A stretch of 64,000 nt of DNA from Roseburia sp. (GCA_022771695.1 JALEKJ010000060.1:49397-113396); one strand, 5' to 3'; shown: positions 47,024-58,582, numbered from the stretch's first letter. Notes: generated by a model not told the origin, from the letters alone. Made by a program: numbers and translations.

Positions 47024-49951
47024 ATGCATCTTCCAGAGTTGAAAGCATATGAAATATTAGAAGAGAGAAAATTGACGGATATCAATTCGATTGGATATAT
47101 CATCCGTCATAAGAAGAGCGGTGCACGTATTACCGTTATTTCTAACGATGATGAGAATAAGGTATTTTATATCGGATTCCGGACACCTACATCGGATTCT
47201 ACAGGGGTACCACATATTATTGAGCACACGGTGCTCTGTGGATCTGAAAAGTATCCGGTCAAGGATCCGTTTGTAGAGCTGGTGAAAGGATCTTTGAATA
47301 CTTTTTTGAATGCGATGACGTATCCGGAGAAAACAATTTATCCGGTTGCAAGCTGCAATGATACTGATTTTCAGAATCTGATTAGCGTCTATATGGACGC
47401 GGTGCTGCACCCGAACATTTATAAGTATGAGGAAATCTTCAAGCAGGAGGGATGGCATTACGAGCTTGAGGATAAGGATGCGCCGATTACGATTAACGGC
47501 GTTGTTTATAATGAGATGAAGGGAGCTTTTTCTTCTCCGGATGATGTGCTGGAGCGAGAGATTATGAGTTCGCTGTTTCCGGATACAACCTATGCCAATG
47601 TGGCGGGCGGCGACCCGGAGCATATTCCGGAGTTGACGTATGAACAGTATCTGGATTTCCATCGGAAGTATTATCATCCAAGCAATTCCTATATCTATTT
47701 GTATGGTGATATGAATATTGCAGAGAAGCTTCAGTGGCTGGATGAGGAGTACTTGAGTAAGTATGAGAAAATGGAATTAGATTCTGCCATTGAGCTTCAG
47801 AAACCTTTTATAAAACCGATAGAAGTTATCAGGGAATATCCGATTGCCACCGGTGAAGCTGAGGAAGACAACACATATCTGTCCTACAATATGGTTATCG
47901 GTACAATATTAGACAAAAAGCTTTATCAGGCATTTGATATCTTGGATTATGCATTGCTTTCTGCGCCGGGAGCACCGTTAAAGCAGGCACTCATTGATGC
48001 GGGAATCGGAAAAGATATTGTCGGCGGTTATGATTGCGGTACCTTACAGCCGGTATTCTCGATTGTGGCAAAAAACACAAATCTGGCAGAGAAAGAACAC
48101 TTTTTGACTGTTATCCGAGAGACACTGCGGGAACAGGTGAAGAATGGAATTGATAAAAAAGCGCTTTTGGCGGGAATTAACAGTGCTGAATTCCGTTTCC
48201 GTGAGGCGGATTACGGACAGCTTCCGAAGGGACTTTTGTATGGCATCCAGTGTTTAGACAGTTGGCTTTATGACGATATGCAGCCGTTCATGCACCTAGA
48301 GGCACTTGAGATTTATCGTTTCCTAAAAGAGCAGGTGCAGACAGACTATTATGAAAAGTTGATTGAGGAATACCTTTTAGATAATTCCCACGCATCTGTC
48401 GTAATTGCAATACCCAAAAAAGGGTTGAATGCAGTGCGCGAGGAAGCATTGGAGAATAAATTGGCGGAGTACAAGGCGTCTTTGACCGAGGAGGAAAAGG
48501 AACGCCTGATTGCGGATACGGTTCATCTGCATGAGTATCAGGAGGAGCCTTCCTCCAAGGAAGATTTAGAGAAGATTCCGATGCTGCGGAGAGAGGACTT
48601 GAAAAAGACTGCGCTATCACTGAAAAATAGAATTGTGATGTCCGGTGAGACAAAGTTTGTGCATCACGAGATGTATTCGAATGGCATCGACTATTTGTCG
48701 CTGATGTTTGATATCAGGGATATAGAGCCGGAAGAATTGCCGTATCTTGGTATTTTAAAATCGGTGCTTGGTTACGTAGACACCGAGAGCTATAGCTATG
48801 CCGAGCTTGCCAATGAGATTAATATTCACACCGGTGGAGTGGGGAGCAGTATCGGCATTTACCCGAATGTGAAAAAGTATGACCAACTTGCGTTTATGTA
48901 TGAGATAAGAACGAAGGTGCTGGCAGAAAAGTTATCGGATTCGATGCGACTAATGGAGGAGATGCTGTTAACCTCAAAAATTTCAGATGAGAAGCGTTTG
49001 TATGAAATCTTAGGAGAGTTGAAATCAAGACTTCAGGTGGGACTTAGCGCTTCAGGACACCAGGTAGCATCGACAAGGGCGATGTCCTATTTTTCCAGAA
49101 CGTCTTATTATCAGGATGCAACGAGTGGAATTGCATGTTACCGTGTGATTGCGGATTATGAGAGCAATTTTGAAGCGAAGAAGGCAGAATTGATTGAAAA
49201 GTTAGAAAAATTGTTGCGGCGTATTTTTACGGCGGATCGTCTGATGGTCAGCATCACTTGCGCGGAAAGCGATTTTGTTGCAGTGGAAGAAGCTGTAAAC
49301 GAATTAAAGGCAAAATTGTATGAGCCAGATGCAAGCAGCACAAGACGCGAACTCCCGTTCATAGACTTTACGAAATGCAATGAGGGATTTATGGATGCTT
49401 CGCAGGTACAATATGTGGCACGTGCTGGAAACTATGTGGCACATGGATATGAGTACCACGGGGCACTTAAGATATTGAAGGTAATTATGGGATATGATTA
49501 TCTTTGGACGAACATTCGTGTGAAGGGAGGAGCATATGGCTGCATGAATGGCTACATGCGTAACGGTGATACGTATTTTGTGTCTTATCGTGACCCTAAT
49601 TTGACTGCGACAAATGAGGTATATGAGCACATTACGGATTATGTCGGAGCATTTGACGCCGATGAGCGTGATATGACAAAGTATATTATCGGAACAATCA
49701 GTGATATGGATATTCCATTAAATCCAAGTGCCAAGGGTGCGCGGTCAATGACTGCGTATTTACAGGAATTGACATATGATGATCTCCAGAAAGAGCGTGA
49801 GCAGATTATAGATGCAACTGCAGAGGACATTCGTGCGCTAAAAGATCTGCTTGCATCGGTGCTTCTTGATGAGGCAATCTGTGTCATCGGGAACGAAGAA
49901 GTGTTACGGGAGAATAAAGAGATGTTCCTACATTTGGAAAATCTTTGTTAG
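47024..49951 (+). CDS. M16-family (insulinase / PreP-like) zinc metallopeptidase
   Basis: Inverted zincin motif HIIEHTVLCGS. 975 aa four-domain size class. Confidence 0.85.
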   Translation: MHLPELKAYEILEERKLTDINSIGYIIRHKKSGARITVISNDDENKVFYIGFRTPTSDSTGVPHIIEHTVLCGSEKYPVKDPFVELVKGSLNTFLNAMTYPEKTIYPVASCNDTDFQNLISVYMDAVLHPNIYKYEEIFKQEGWHYELEDKDAPITINGVVYNEMKGAFSSPDDVLEREIMSSLFPDTTYANVAGGDPEHIPELTYEQYLDFHRKYYHPSNSYIYLYGDMNIAEKLQWLDEEYLSKYEKMELDSAIELQKPFIKPIEVIREYPIATGEAEEDNTYLSYNMVIGTILDKKLYQAFDILDYALLSAPGAPLKQALIDAGIGKDIVGGYDCGTLQPVFSIVAKNTNLAEKEHFLTVIRETLREQVKNGIDKKALLAGINSAEFRFREADYGQLPKGLLYGIQCLDSWLYDDMQPFMHLEALEIYRFLKEQVQTDYYEKLIEEYLLDNSHASVVIAIPKKGLNAVREEALENKLAEYKASLTEEEKERLIADTVHLHEYQEEPSSKEDLEKIPMLRREDLKKTALSLKNRIVMSGETKFVHHEMYSNGIDYLSLMFDIRDIEPEELPYLGILKSVLGYVDTESYSYAELANEINIHTGGVGSSIGIYPNVKKYDQLAFMYEIRTKVLAEKLSDSMRLMEEMLLTSKISDEKRLYEILGELKSRLQVGLSASGHQVASTRAMSYFSRTSYYQDATSGIACYRVIADYESNFEAKKAELIEKLEKLLRRIFTADRLMVSITCAESDFVAVEEAVNELKAKLYEPDASSTRRELPFIDFTKCNEGFMDASQVQYVARAGNYVAHGYEYHGALKILKVIMGYDYLWTNIRVKGGAYGCMNGYMRNGDTYFVSYRDPNLTATNEVYEHITDYVGAFDADERDMTKYIIGTISDMDIPLNPSAKGARSMTAYLQELTYDDLQKEREQIIDATAEDIRALKDLLASVLLDEAICVIGNEEVLRENKEMFLHLENLC

Positions 49952-49983
49952 AAACGATAGTGGGAGAAAGAAAGGATAAACAC

Positions 49984-50892
49984 ATGAACGAAAGTTTTAA
50001 ATCAGGATTCGTGACGATTATCGGAAGACCGAACGTGGGAAAATCCACCTTGATGAACCACTTGATTGGACAGAAGATAGCGATTACATCCAATAAACCG
50101 CAGACGACGAGAAATCGTATTCAGACAGTATATACGGATATGGAACGAGGACAGATTGTATTCTTAGATACACCGGGAATCCATCAGGCAAAAAATAAGC
50201 TTGGCGAATATATGGTAAATGTGGCAGAGCATACATTGGGCGAGGTAGATGTAATCTTGTGGCTGGTGGAACCATCGAACTTTATCGGCGCAGGGGAACA
50301 GCATATCATTAAGCAACTGAAGAAGACAAAAACGCCGGTTATTCTTGTCATCAACAAGGTGGATACGGTAGAGCGCGACAAGGTATTAGAGTTTATTGAT
50401 ACTTACCGCAAGGTATACGATTTTGCAGAAATCGTACCGGCATCCGCGTTGCGCGGACAGAATACGGATACAGTGTTAGATATGATTTTTAAATATCTGC
50501 CATACGGACCGATGTTTTATGATGAGGATACCATCACAGATCAGCCGGAACGAGCCATCGTGTCAGAGATTATCCGTGAGAAGGCGCTGCATGCATTGGA
50601 TGATGAAATCCCGCACGGTATTGCTGTGTATGTTGACCGGATGAAGGAGCGCAAGAATCAGAATATCATTGATATTGATGCAACCATCGTCTGTGAGCGC
50701 GATTCTCATAAGGGAATCGTCATCGGAAAAGGCGGAGCCATGTTAAAGAAAATCGGTTCAAATGCACGTTATGAAATCGAGCGTCTGTTGGATGCCAAAG
50801 TAAATCTGAAGCTTTGGGTTAAGGTGAAAAAAGACTGGCGTGACAGCGACTCGATGATTCGCAATTTCGGCTATAAACAGGAGGAGAGTTAG
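49984..50892 (+). CDS. era: GTPase Era
   Basis: G1 GRPNVGKST, G3 DTPG, G4 NKVD and a C-terminal KH domain. ATG 49984. Confidence 0.93.
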   Translation: MNESFKSGFVTIIGRPNVGKSTLMNHLIGQKIAITSNKPQTTRNRIQTVYTDMERGQIVFLDTPGIHQAKNKLGEYMVNVAEHTLGEVDVILWLVEPSNFIGAGEQHIIKQLKKTKTPVILVINKVDTVERDKVLEFIDTYRKVYDFAEIVPASALRGQNTDTVLDMIFKYLPYGPMFYDEDTITDQPERAIVSEIIREKALHALDDEIPHGIAVYVDRMKERKNQNIIDIDATIVCERDSHKGIVIGKGGAMLKKIGSNARYEIERLLDAKVNLKLWVKVKKDWRDSDSMIRNFGYKQEES

Positions 50893-50975
50893 ATTCCATT
50901 TTTTCACTGGTATAGAAGCAGATATCGGCGGAGACCCTAACATTAAAGAACAACGAAAAGCAGGAGGGTGTGCCG

Positions 50976-51161
50976 ATGGATGAAGCCTGGATGGAATTTA
51001 TGGCAACAGGAAAAGTGGATGATTATCTGCGTTATAAGAATGCAGAAGGTGGACAGATAAGGCAGGCGGGTGCCTCTAATCCGCAGGAAGAGAGACCGGA
51101 TGGGACAGAATATTGTAGTGACCGGGATGGTCTTACAGGTTATGCCGATTGGCGAGTATGA
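50976..51161 (+). CDS. YqzL-like small protein
   Basis: ATG behind AGGAGG (50962-50967). N-terminal W.F..TG.VDDYLRYK resembles YqzL, which occupies the same era-recO slot in Bacillus. The 3' part overlaps recO. Confidence 0.45.
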   Translation: MDEAWMEFMATGKVDDYLRYKNAEGGQIRQAGASNPQEERPDGTEYCSDRDGLTGYADWRV

Positions 51162-51873
51162 CAAAAGAATAACATTGCTGACCAAAGAAAGAGGAAAGAT
51201 TACAGCATTTGCAAGAGGGGCAAGACGACCGAACAACCAGCTTTTGGCTGCGACCAATCCTTTTTCTTTTGGTGAATTTGAACTGTTTGAGGGAAGAAGC
51301 TCCTATACGGTGGCGAAGGCAACGATACAGAATTACTTTCGGGAATTGACGGAAAATTTTGATGTTACATATTACGGGTTTTATTTTTTGGAATTTGCTG
51401 ATTATTATTGCCAGGAGAATAATGATGAACGGGAAATGTTAAAACTGTTATATCAGTCTTTGCGCGCACTTATCAGTGCCTCCTATGATAATCGGTTGGT
51501 GCGGAGCGTGTTTGAACTGAAAGCATTGGCAATTAATGGTGAGGCACCTAACGTTTTTTCCTGCTTAAAGTGCGGAGAAAAAGAAAAACTCCGGTACTTT
51601 TCCGTGAAGCGCGGAGGGGCGCTATGCGAGGCATGTAAAGGTGAGGCAGCGGATGTGATACAGGTGGATGAGTCGACGATGTATACCATGCAGTATGTAA
51701 TTTCTGCAAGGATAGAGAAATTGTATCGTTTTACAGTAAGCGACAAAGTATTGGAGGAATTGCAGCATTTGATGAAGGATTACCTTCATGTATATGTGGG
51801 ACATCCGTTCAAATCGTTAAAGATACTTCTGGAAGCTGAGAAGTTATCCTCTATAGATGATTTTACAGGTTGA
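51100..51873 (+). CDS. recO: DNA repair protein RecO
   Basis: N-terminal OB region (GMVLQVMPIGEYDKRITLLT) and zinc finger CLKCG..CEAC. Lies after era as in Bacillus. Confidence 0.85.
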   Translation: MGQNIVVTGMVLQVMPIGEYDKRITLLTKERGKITAFARGARRPNNQLLAATNPFSFGEFELFEGRSSYTVAKATIQNYFRELTENFDVTYYGFYFLEFADYYCQENNDEREMLKLLYQSLRALISASYDNRLVRSVFELKALAINGEAPNVFSCLKCGEKEKLRYFSVKRGGALCEACKGEAADVIQVDESTMYTMQYVISARIEKLYRFTVSDKVLEELQHLMKDYLHVYVGHPFKSLKILLEAEKLSSIDDFTG

Positions 51874-51954
51874 AATCATATTTTGAAAATAGTATAATAT
51901 CATTCATGTATTCATTATTCGAATAGAGATTCTGTAAAGGATGGAGATTGTTTT

Positions 51955-52692
51955 ATGAAAAAGTTTGGGTGTATGGTGTTAGGGCTGTGCATGTGCATGG
52001 GACTGCTTGCAGGCTGTGGCAAGACGGTAGAGAGTGAGTCCAGCGTCGTATACGTAGAGGAGAATGGTGCGGTGATATCTTTGGATGTCGAGGAACTTGC
52101 GCAGGATTATTATGATGCGGAAGAATTAGAAAATTTCGTGAATGATGCCGTATCCGAGTATACCGAGGAGCATGGAAGAAATTCTGTGAAGGTGCAGGAA
52201 TTGAAGGTTGAGGAAGGTACTGCCAGACTTCAGATGAAGTATAAGACAACAGCGGATTATTCTGCATTTAATGGAATTGATATATACCAGGGCAAGGTGA
52301 TTGATTCGTTGGCAGCGGGGTATGTGTTTGACGGCGAGTTTGCCAGAGTAGAGGATGGTAAGGTTATCGGAGCAGCAACGAAGCAGGAAATTTATGCAGA
52401 AGATGATTTGAAAGTTGTGATTATTCGTGCGAATACCGATGTGCAGGTGGATGGACAAATCTGCTATATCTCATGTGAGAATGTGGAACTGACCGGAACA
52501 AACAGCGTATCGATTCGTGAAGGTTATTATACGGATACGGGCTCCAAAGTACCGCCGGTGAATATGACACCGGACGAAGCAGTTGATGCGACAGAGGATC
52601 TGATGAGCACGGAAATGGTAGAGATACCGGTTGAAATTCCGGATTATGGATCATTCGAAACAGAAGTTTATACTTTTATCGTATACAAATAG
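51955..52692 (+). CDS. lipoprotein of unknown function
   Basis: Signal peptide with lipobox LLAGC. Acidic mature part. Confidence 0.6.
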   Translation: MKKFGCMVLGLCMCMGLLAGCGKTVESESSVVYVEENGAVISLDVEELAQDYYDAEELENFVNDAVSEYTEEHGRNSVKVQELKVEEGTARLQMKYKTTADYSAFNGIDIYQGKVIDSLAAGYVFDGEFARVEDGKVIGAATKQEIYAEDDLKVVIIRANTDVQVDGQICYISCENVELTGTNSVSIREGYYTDTGSKVPPVNMTPDEAVDATEDLMSTEMVEIPVEIPDYGSFETEVYTFIVYK

Positions 52693-52750
52693 AGAAAGCA
52701 ACTGTGGTAAGCAGTTTGTTTATATATGAAAGAAAGCAAGGAGTTAAATT

Positions 52751-54148
52751 ATGGAAAAATCAATGGATAAAATCGTAGCATTGGCAAAATCAAGAGGATT
52801 TGTATATCCAGGTTCTGAGATTTATGGTGGTCTTGCAAATACATGGGATTACGGTAATCTCGGTGTCGAACTAAAGAATAACGTAAAGAAGGCTTGGTGG
52901 CAGAAGTTTATTCAGGAGAACCCCTATAATGTCGGCGTGGATTGTGCAATTCTTATGAATCCACAGACATGGGTAGCATCCGGTCATCTCGGCGGATTTT
53001 CTGATCCTTTGATGGACTGCAAAGAGTGTCATGAGCGTTTCCGGGCAGATAAATTAATTGAGGATTTTGCAGAGGAGAAGGGGATTGAACTGAAAGGTTC
53101 TGTAGATGGCTGGACGCAGGAAGAGATGAAGAATTTTGTCGAAGAGAATCAGATTCCATGTCCGACCTGCGGCAAGCACAATTTTACAGATATTCGCCAG
53201 TTCAATCTGATGTTCAAGACTTTCCAGGGCGTAACCGAAGATGCGAAGAATACCGTATATTTAAGACCGGAGACGGCACAGGGTATTTTTGTTAACTTTA
53301 AGAATGTGCAGAGAACTTCCCGCAAGAAGATTCCGTTTGGTATTGGGCAGATTGGTAAATCCTTCCGTAATGAGATTACACCGGGTAACTTTACCTTCCG
53401 TACCCGTGAGTTTGAGCAGATGGAGTTGGAATTCTTCTGTGAGCCGGGAACAGATTTGGAGTGGTTCCAGTATTGGAGAGGATTCTGCCGTGATTGGCTG
53501 CTTACTCTTGGTATTAAGGAGGATGAGATGCGTCTTCGTGACCACTCTCCGGAGGAGCTTTGCTTCTACAGCAAGGGAACAACCGATATCGAGTTCTTAT
53601 TCCCATTTGGATGGGGTGAGTTGTGGGGAATTGCAGACAGAACAGATTATGATTTGACGCAGCATCAGAATGTATCAGGACAGGATTTGACCTACTTTGA
53701 TGACGAGAAGAATGAGCGTTATGTACCATATGTTATTGAGCCGTCTTTGGGTGCTGACCGTGTCGTACTTGCATTCCTCTGTGCTGCATACGATGAGGAA
53801 AATATCGGAACAGAGGAGAAGCCGGATATGAGAACCGTGCTTCATTTCCATCCGGCACTTGCACCGGTGAAAATCGGTGTGCTTCCGCTTTCCAAGAAGC
53901 TTTCTGAGGGCGCGGAGAAAGTATATGCACAGCTTTCTAAGAAATACAACTGTGAGTTTGATGACAGAGGTAATATTGGAAAACGTTATAGAAGACAGGA
54001 TGAGATTGGTACACCGTTCTGCGTAACATATGATTTTGAGTCAGAGACCGATGGAGCGGTAACTGTCCGTGACCGTGATACGATGGAGCAGGAACGCGTG
54101 AAAATCGAAGAGCTGGATGCATATTTTGCAGCTAAGTTTGAATGGTAA
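52751..54148 (+). CDS. glyQS: glycine--tRNA ligase (alpha2 type)
   Basis: [13 protein letters not shown], a class II core and a C-terminal anticodon-binding domain. 465 aa. Confidence 0.93.
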   Translation: MEKSMDKIVALAKSRGFVYPGSEIYGGLANTWDYGNLGVELKNNVKKAWWQKFIQENPYNVGVDCAILMNPQTWVASGHLGGFSDPLMDCKECHERFRADKLIEDFAEEKGIELKGSVDGWTQEEMKNFVEENQIPCPTCGKHNFTDIRQFNLMFKTFQGVTEDAKNTVYLRPETAQGIFVNFKNVQRTSRKKIPFGIGQIGKSFRNEITPGNFTFRTREFEQMELEFFCEPGTDLEWFQYWRGFCRDWLLTLGIKEDEMRLRDHSPEELCFYSKGTTDIEFLFPFGWGELWGIADRTDYDLTQHQNVSGQDLTYFDDEKNERYVPYVIEPSLGADRVVLAFLCAAYDEENIGTEEKPDMRTVLHFHPALAPVKIGVLPLSKKLSEGAEKVYAQLSKKYNCEFDDRGNIGKRYRRQDEIGTPFCVTYDFESETDGAVTVRDRDTMEQERVKIEELDAYFAAKFEW

Positions 54149-54203
54149 TGCAAATTTTGCTTGAAGGTTTAATTGCAAAATATGGTATTTGGCGAGGCAA
54201 AAG

Positions 54204-55463
54204 ATGAAACAGATAAAAGTACTATGGGATAAGATATCCTATGAGGTTATGATTTTTATTGTTCTGCAGTTTCATTTCCTGACAGGACGTGCATTGGACT
54301 TACAGGAATGGTCCGCTGCATGGGCAGCTATGGATTATTCCATGGGCAATGGCTCGAGATTTTTGATAGGAAGTATTTATCGTCTTTTTTATGGCGAATA
54401 TCTGGCAGATACTGTGGCGTATAAATACGTTGCAGTTGGGATAATGCTGACGATTACGGTACTTACAATAGCATTAGGGAGATTGATCCGCTGGGGAATA
54501 AAAGCAGCACCGGAATGCCGAAATGTGATTATTGCTACCGTGGTAATTTACATAGCAGCACCGTTTTCTATTGCATATGTGTGGAATGAGCAGAATTTAG
54601 GCAGATTGGATGTATATATGATTCTGGTCGTGGCGGTTGCTATTCTCGTAGGTTTAGAGATTAAGAATATTTATTTTAAGATGACGCTCTATACTTTGCT
54701 TGGGGTGCTTGGACTTGCTATTCATCAGGGGTTTGCATTTCTGTATTACCCGGTAATCCTTTGCCTGATGTGCTATGAGGTGTTTCAAGAGAATCGGGTA
54801 CAGATTAAGAGTCTTATTATGGCAATTATTTCTGGATTGGTGAATGTGGCGGTTGCTGTTTATTTCCAATTCTTTAGCAGTGTCAATTTTGAGAGCGTAG
54901 AGGAGATGACGCAATTTGTGCAGTCCCGCACAAATTTAAAGGTGGAAGAATATGCTATTCAGTTAGAGTATTTCGGAAGTATTAAGTACCAGCTTGAGGA
55001 TGTAACGAATGTATTTTTTAATGGCAATGAAGCTCCGTTCGTACATCTGCTGATTATTCTATGTATGCTCGCACCGGTATTGATTATCTACGGGCTTATA
55101 TGGAGAGATGTATTCTGCCATAGGAAACAGACCGGGGGAAAGCTGTTGTGTAGCCCATATTTTTATGCGGTACTGTCGCATTTGTTGTTTTTGCCGATGT
55201 TTGTGATTCATGTTGACTGGGGAAGACATCTTGCGCCGCTGCTGGCAATGCCGATATTTATTTTCTTATTCTTTCTCGCGAAGAAAGAGGCATCTATGGT
55301 TTATGCTTATGAACGAATGAAAACGCGTGCCATAAAATATCCATGGTTTTTTGTATTGACGATTGCGTGGTTGGCATCACTCGACAGTTTTGGGGCTCGT
55401 TCCTTCCAAAATCAAGCTGATATGTTGTACAACCTGTTTCAGTATGGATTTCACATTAATTAG
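54204..55463 (+). CDS. polytopic membrane protein of unknown function
   Basis: About 10 hydrophobic segments. ATG 54204 behind GAGG (the ORF track uses TTG 54189). Confidence 0.55.
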   Translation: MKQIKVLWDKISYEVMIFIVLQFHFLTGRALDLQEWSAAWAAMDYSMGNGSRFLIGSIYRLFYGEYLADTVAYKYVAVGIMLTITVLTIALGRLIRWGIKAAPECRNVIIATVVIYIAAPFSIAYVWNEQNLGRLDVYMILVVAVAILVGLEIKNIYFKMTLYTLLGVLGLAIHQGFAFLYYPVILCLMCYEVFQENRVQIKSLIMAIISGLVNVAVAVYFQFFSSVNFESVEEMTQFVQSRTNLKVEEYAIQLEYFGSIKYQLEDVTNVFFNGNEAPFVHLLIILCMLAPVLIIYGLIWRDVFCHRKQTGGKLLCSPYFYAVLSHLLFLPMFVIHVDWGRHLAPLLAMPIFIFLFFLAKKEASMVYAYERMKTRAIKYPWFFVLTIAWLASLDSFGARSFQNQADMLYNLFQYGFHIN

Positions 55464-55478
55464 TATTATAAAAATCAG

Positions 55479-55514
55479 ACCGCTTATACTGTGGAGCAGT
55501 GTAGGCGGTTTTTG
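55479..55514 (+). terminator. intrinsic terminator
   Basis: 13-bp stem ACCGCTTATACTG / CAGTGTAGGCGGT followed by TTTT. Confidence 0.75.
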
Positions 55515-55766
55515 TCATAAATGGGAAAATCTAAAGATGCATCAGCGGGGAATACAACGCTAGCGTTTCATATAATGAAACTGCATTTCGAATTGTGAAA
55601 TTGTAACAAAAATCGGCAAAAAATGACGAAAAAAATTGTTGCTATTTGGTAAAAGTGTGATATTATAGATATGTGCGTTTTGGGAGACGCATATAATTCG
55701 CAACGATAGGGAGACATATAAATGTTTCCTGTTGAAAGAATAGCAAATTTAGGAGGAATTATCAAA

Positions 55767-58403
55767 ATGGCAAACAAATGGGTTTATATGTTCAGTGAGG
55801 GTAACATGACCATGCGTAATCTGCTCGGTGGTAAGGGTGCAAACCTTGCAGAGATGACAGATATTGGTCTTCCTGTACCACAGGGCTTCACAATCACAAC
55901 AGAAGCATGTACTCAGTACTACGAGGACGGCCGCAAGATTAACGACGAGATCATGGCTCAGGCTATGGAAGGCGTAAAGAAAATGGAAGAGAACAATGGC
56001 AAAAAGTTCGGAGATCTTAAGAATCCTTTATTAGTTTCTGTTCGTTCAGGAGCAAGAGCTTCCATGCCGGGTATGATGGATACTATTCTTAACCTTGGTC
56101 TGAATGACGAGGTAGTAGCAGCGATGATCGCTGGAAACCCGGATCCAAAGTTTGAGCGTTTCGTATATGATTCATATAGACGTTTCATCCAGATGTTCTC
56201 TGATGTAGTTATGGAAGTTGGTAAGAAGTATTTTGAGCAGCTTATCGATAAGATGAAAGAGGAGAAGGGTGTTCAGTACGATGTCGATCTTACTGCAGCT
56301 GATTTAAAAGAATTGGCAGAGCAGTTTAAGGCTGAATACAAGAAACAGTTAGGTGAAGATTTCCCATCTGATCCGGTAGAACAGTTAAAATTAGCAATCG
56401 AAGCGGTATTCCGCTCTTGGGACAACCCACGTGCGAACGTATATCGTCGTGACAACGATATCCCATATTCTTGGGGAACAGCAGTTAACGTAATGCCAAT
56501 GGTATTCGGTAACTTAAATGATGAGTCGGGTACAGGTGTTGCATTTACACGTGACCCTGCTACAGGTGAGAAGAAGCTTATGGGTGAGTTCCTTAAGAAT
56601 GCACAGGGCGAGGACGTTGTTGCCGGTGTTCGTACACCAATGCCAATCGCTCAGATGGAGCAGGAGTTCCCGGAAGCATATGCAGAGTTTGTTAAGGTAT
56701 GCGAGATTCTTGAGAACCACTACCATGACATGCAGGATATGGAGTTTACAGTAGAGAACAAGAAACTCTATATGTTACAGTGCCGTAATGGTAAGAGAAC
56801 AGCACAGGCTGCTCTTAAGATTGCATGTGACCTTGTAGATGAGGGACATAAGACAGAGGCAGAGGCAGTTGCTATGATTGATCCTCGTAACCTTGATACA
56901 TTACTTCACCCACAGTTTGATGCTAAGGCATTAAAAGCAGCTACACCGCTTGGAAAAGGTCTTGGAGCATCTCCGGGAGCTGCATGTGGTAAAGTTGTAT
57001 TTACTGCAGATGATGCAGAAGCTTGGGCTGCAAGAGGTGAGAAGGTAGTTCTTGTTCGTCTTGAGACATCTCCGGAAGATATCACAGGTATGAAAGCTGC
57101 GCAGGGTATCTTAACTGTTCGTGGTGGTATGACATCCCATGCAGCCGTTGTTGCCCGCGGTATGGGTACCTGCTGTGTATCCGGATGTGGCGACATCGCT
57201 ATGGATGAAGAGAATAAGAAGTTTACTTTAGCAGGACAGACATTTACAGAGGGATCTGAGATTTCTATTGATGGTACAACCGGTAACATTTATGCAGGTC
57301 TTATTCCGACTGTTGATGCAACAATCGCTGGTGAGTTTGGTCGTGTAATGGCATGGGCTGATAAATATCGTACATTAAAGGTTCGTACAAATGCAGATAC
57401 ACCTGCAGATGCTAAGAAAGCTCGCGAGCTTGGAGCAGAGGGTATCGGTCTTTGCCGTACAGAGCACATGTTCTTCGAGGAAGACAGAATTGCTGCATTC
57501 CGTGAGATGATTTGTGCAGATACTGTAGAAGAAAGAGAAGCTGCACTTGAGAAGATTCTTCCATATCAGCAGGGAGACTTTGAAGGATTATTTGAGGCAC
57601 TGGAAGGTAACCCGGTTACTATCCGTTTCTTGGATCCACCTCTTCATGAGTTTGTTCCGACTGAGGAAGCTGACATTAAGAAACTTGCAGATGCACAGGG
57701 CAAGAGTGTAGAAGAGATTAAGAACATCATCGCATCCTTACATGAGTTCAACCCAATGATGGGACACAGAGGATGTCGTCTTGCTGTTACATATCCGGAA
57801 ATTGCTAAGATGCAGACAAAGGCTGTTATACGTGCAGCAATCAATGTACAGAAAGCACATGCTGATTGGACCGTTAAACCGGAAATCATGATTCCACTTG
57901 TATTTGAAATCAAAGAGTTAAAATACGTTAAGAAAGTTGTTGTTGAGACTGCAGATGCTGAAATCGCAGCAGCAGGCGTTAACTTAGAGTACGAAGTGGG
58001 TACTATGATTGAAATCCCAAGAGCAGCTCTTACCGCTGATGAAATCGCAACAGAGGCTGATTTCTTCTGCTTCGGTACCAACGACCTTACACAGATGACA
58101 TTCGGATTCTCTCGTGTTGATGCAGGTAAGTTCTTAAATGCTTACTATGACACCAAGATTTTTGAGAACGACCCGTTTGCAAAGTTAGACCAGAATGGTG
58201 TTGGAAAGCTGATGGAGACAGCTATCAAACTTGGTAAGCCGGTAAATCCAAAGCTTCACGTTGGTATCTGTGGAGAGCACGGTGGAGATCCGTCTTCTGT
58301 AGAGTTCTGCCACAAGATTGGTCTGGATTATGTATCTTGCTCACCATTCCGCGTGCCAATCGCAAGATTAGCCGCTGCACAGGCAGCAATTGCTAATAAG
58401 TAA
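55767..58403 (+). CDS. ppdK: pyruvate, phosphate dikinase
   Basis: Phosphohistidine motif GGMTSHAAVVARG, PEP-utilizer C-terminal GICGEHGGDP. ATG 55767 behind AGGAGG. Confidence 0.95.
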   Translation: MANKWVYMFSEGNMTMRNLLGGKGANLAEMTDIGLPVPQGFTITTEACTQYYEDGRKINDEIMAQAMEGVKKMEENNGKKFGDLKNPLLVSVRSGARASMPGMMDTILNLGLNDEVVAAMIAGNPDPKFERFVYDSYRRFIQMFSDVVMEVGKKYFEQLIDKMKEEKGVQYDVDLTAADLKELAEQFKAEYKKQLGEDFPSDPVEQLKLAIEAVFRSWDNPRANVYRRDNDIPYSWGTAVNVMPMVFGNLNDESGTGVAFTRDPATGEKKLMGEFLKNAQGEDVVAGVRTPMPIAQMEQEFPEAYAEFVKVCEILENHYHDMQDMEFTVENKKLYMLQCRNGKRTAQAALKIACDLVDEGHKTEAEAVAMIDPRNLDTLLHPQFDAKALKAATPLGKGLGASPGAACGKVVFTADDAEAWAARGEKVVLVRLETSPEDITGMKAAQGILTVRGGMTSHAAVVARGMGTCCVSGCGDIAMDEENKKFTLAGQTFTEGSEISIDGTTGNIYAGLIPTVDATIAGEFGRVMAWADKYRTLKVRTNADTPADAKKARELGAEGIGLCRTEHMFFEEDRIAAFREMICADTVEEREAALEKILPYQQGDFEGLFEALEGNPVTIRFLDPPLHEFVPTEEADIKKLADAQGKSVEEIKNIIASLHEFNPMMGHRGCRLAVTYPEIAKMQTKAVIRAAINVQKAHADWTVKPEIMIPLVFEIKELKYVKKVVVETADAEIAAAGVNLEYEVGTMIEIPRAALTADEIATEADFFCFGTNDLTQMTFGFSRVDAGKFLNAYYDTKIFENDPFAKLDQNGVGKLMETAIKLGKPVNPKLHVGICGEHGGDPSSVEFCHKIGLDYVSCSPFRVPIARLAAAQAAIANK

Positions 58404-58527
58404 TTGGTGGTGTGTAGGCAGCTTGTGCAGTGTGCACAGAGCAGTAATTGCCTCAAAATAAGAGATAGCAAACATATAAGAAATATTGGGTAATACGTTA
58501 TTTTTGGGAGAAGGTAATGTATAGATG

Positions 58528-58571
58528 AAGCCCCCTCATATTGACGGAAATGTTGATATGAGGGGGCTTTT
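58528..58571 (+). terminator. intrinsic terminator of ppdK
   Basis: 12-bp stem GCCCCCTCATAT / ATATGAGGGGGC followed by TTTT. Confidence 0.85.
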
Positions 58572-58582
58572 CGTATAAATTA

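Noticed and set aside
55600-55700. Possible CcpA cre site upstream of ppdK (TGAAATTGTAACA region)
   Set aside because: It does not fit the TGWAANCGNTNWCA consensus (wrong length and central CG missing).
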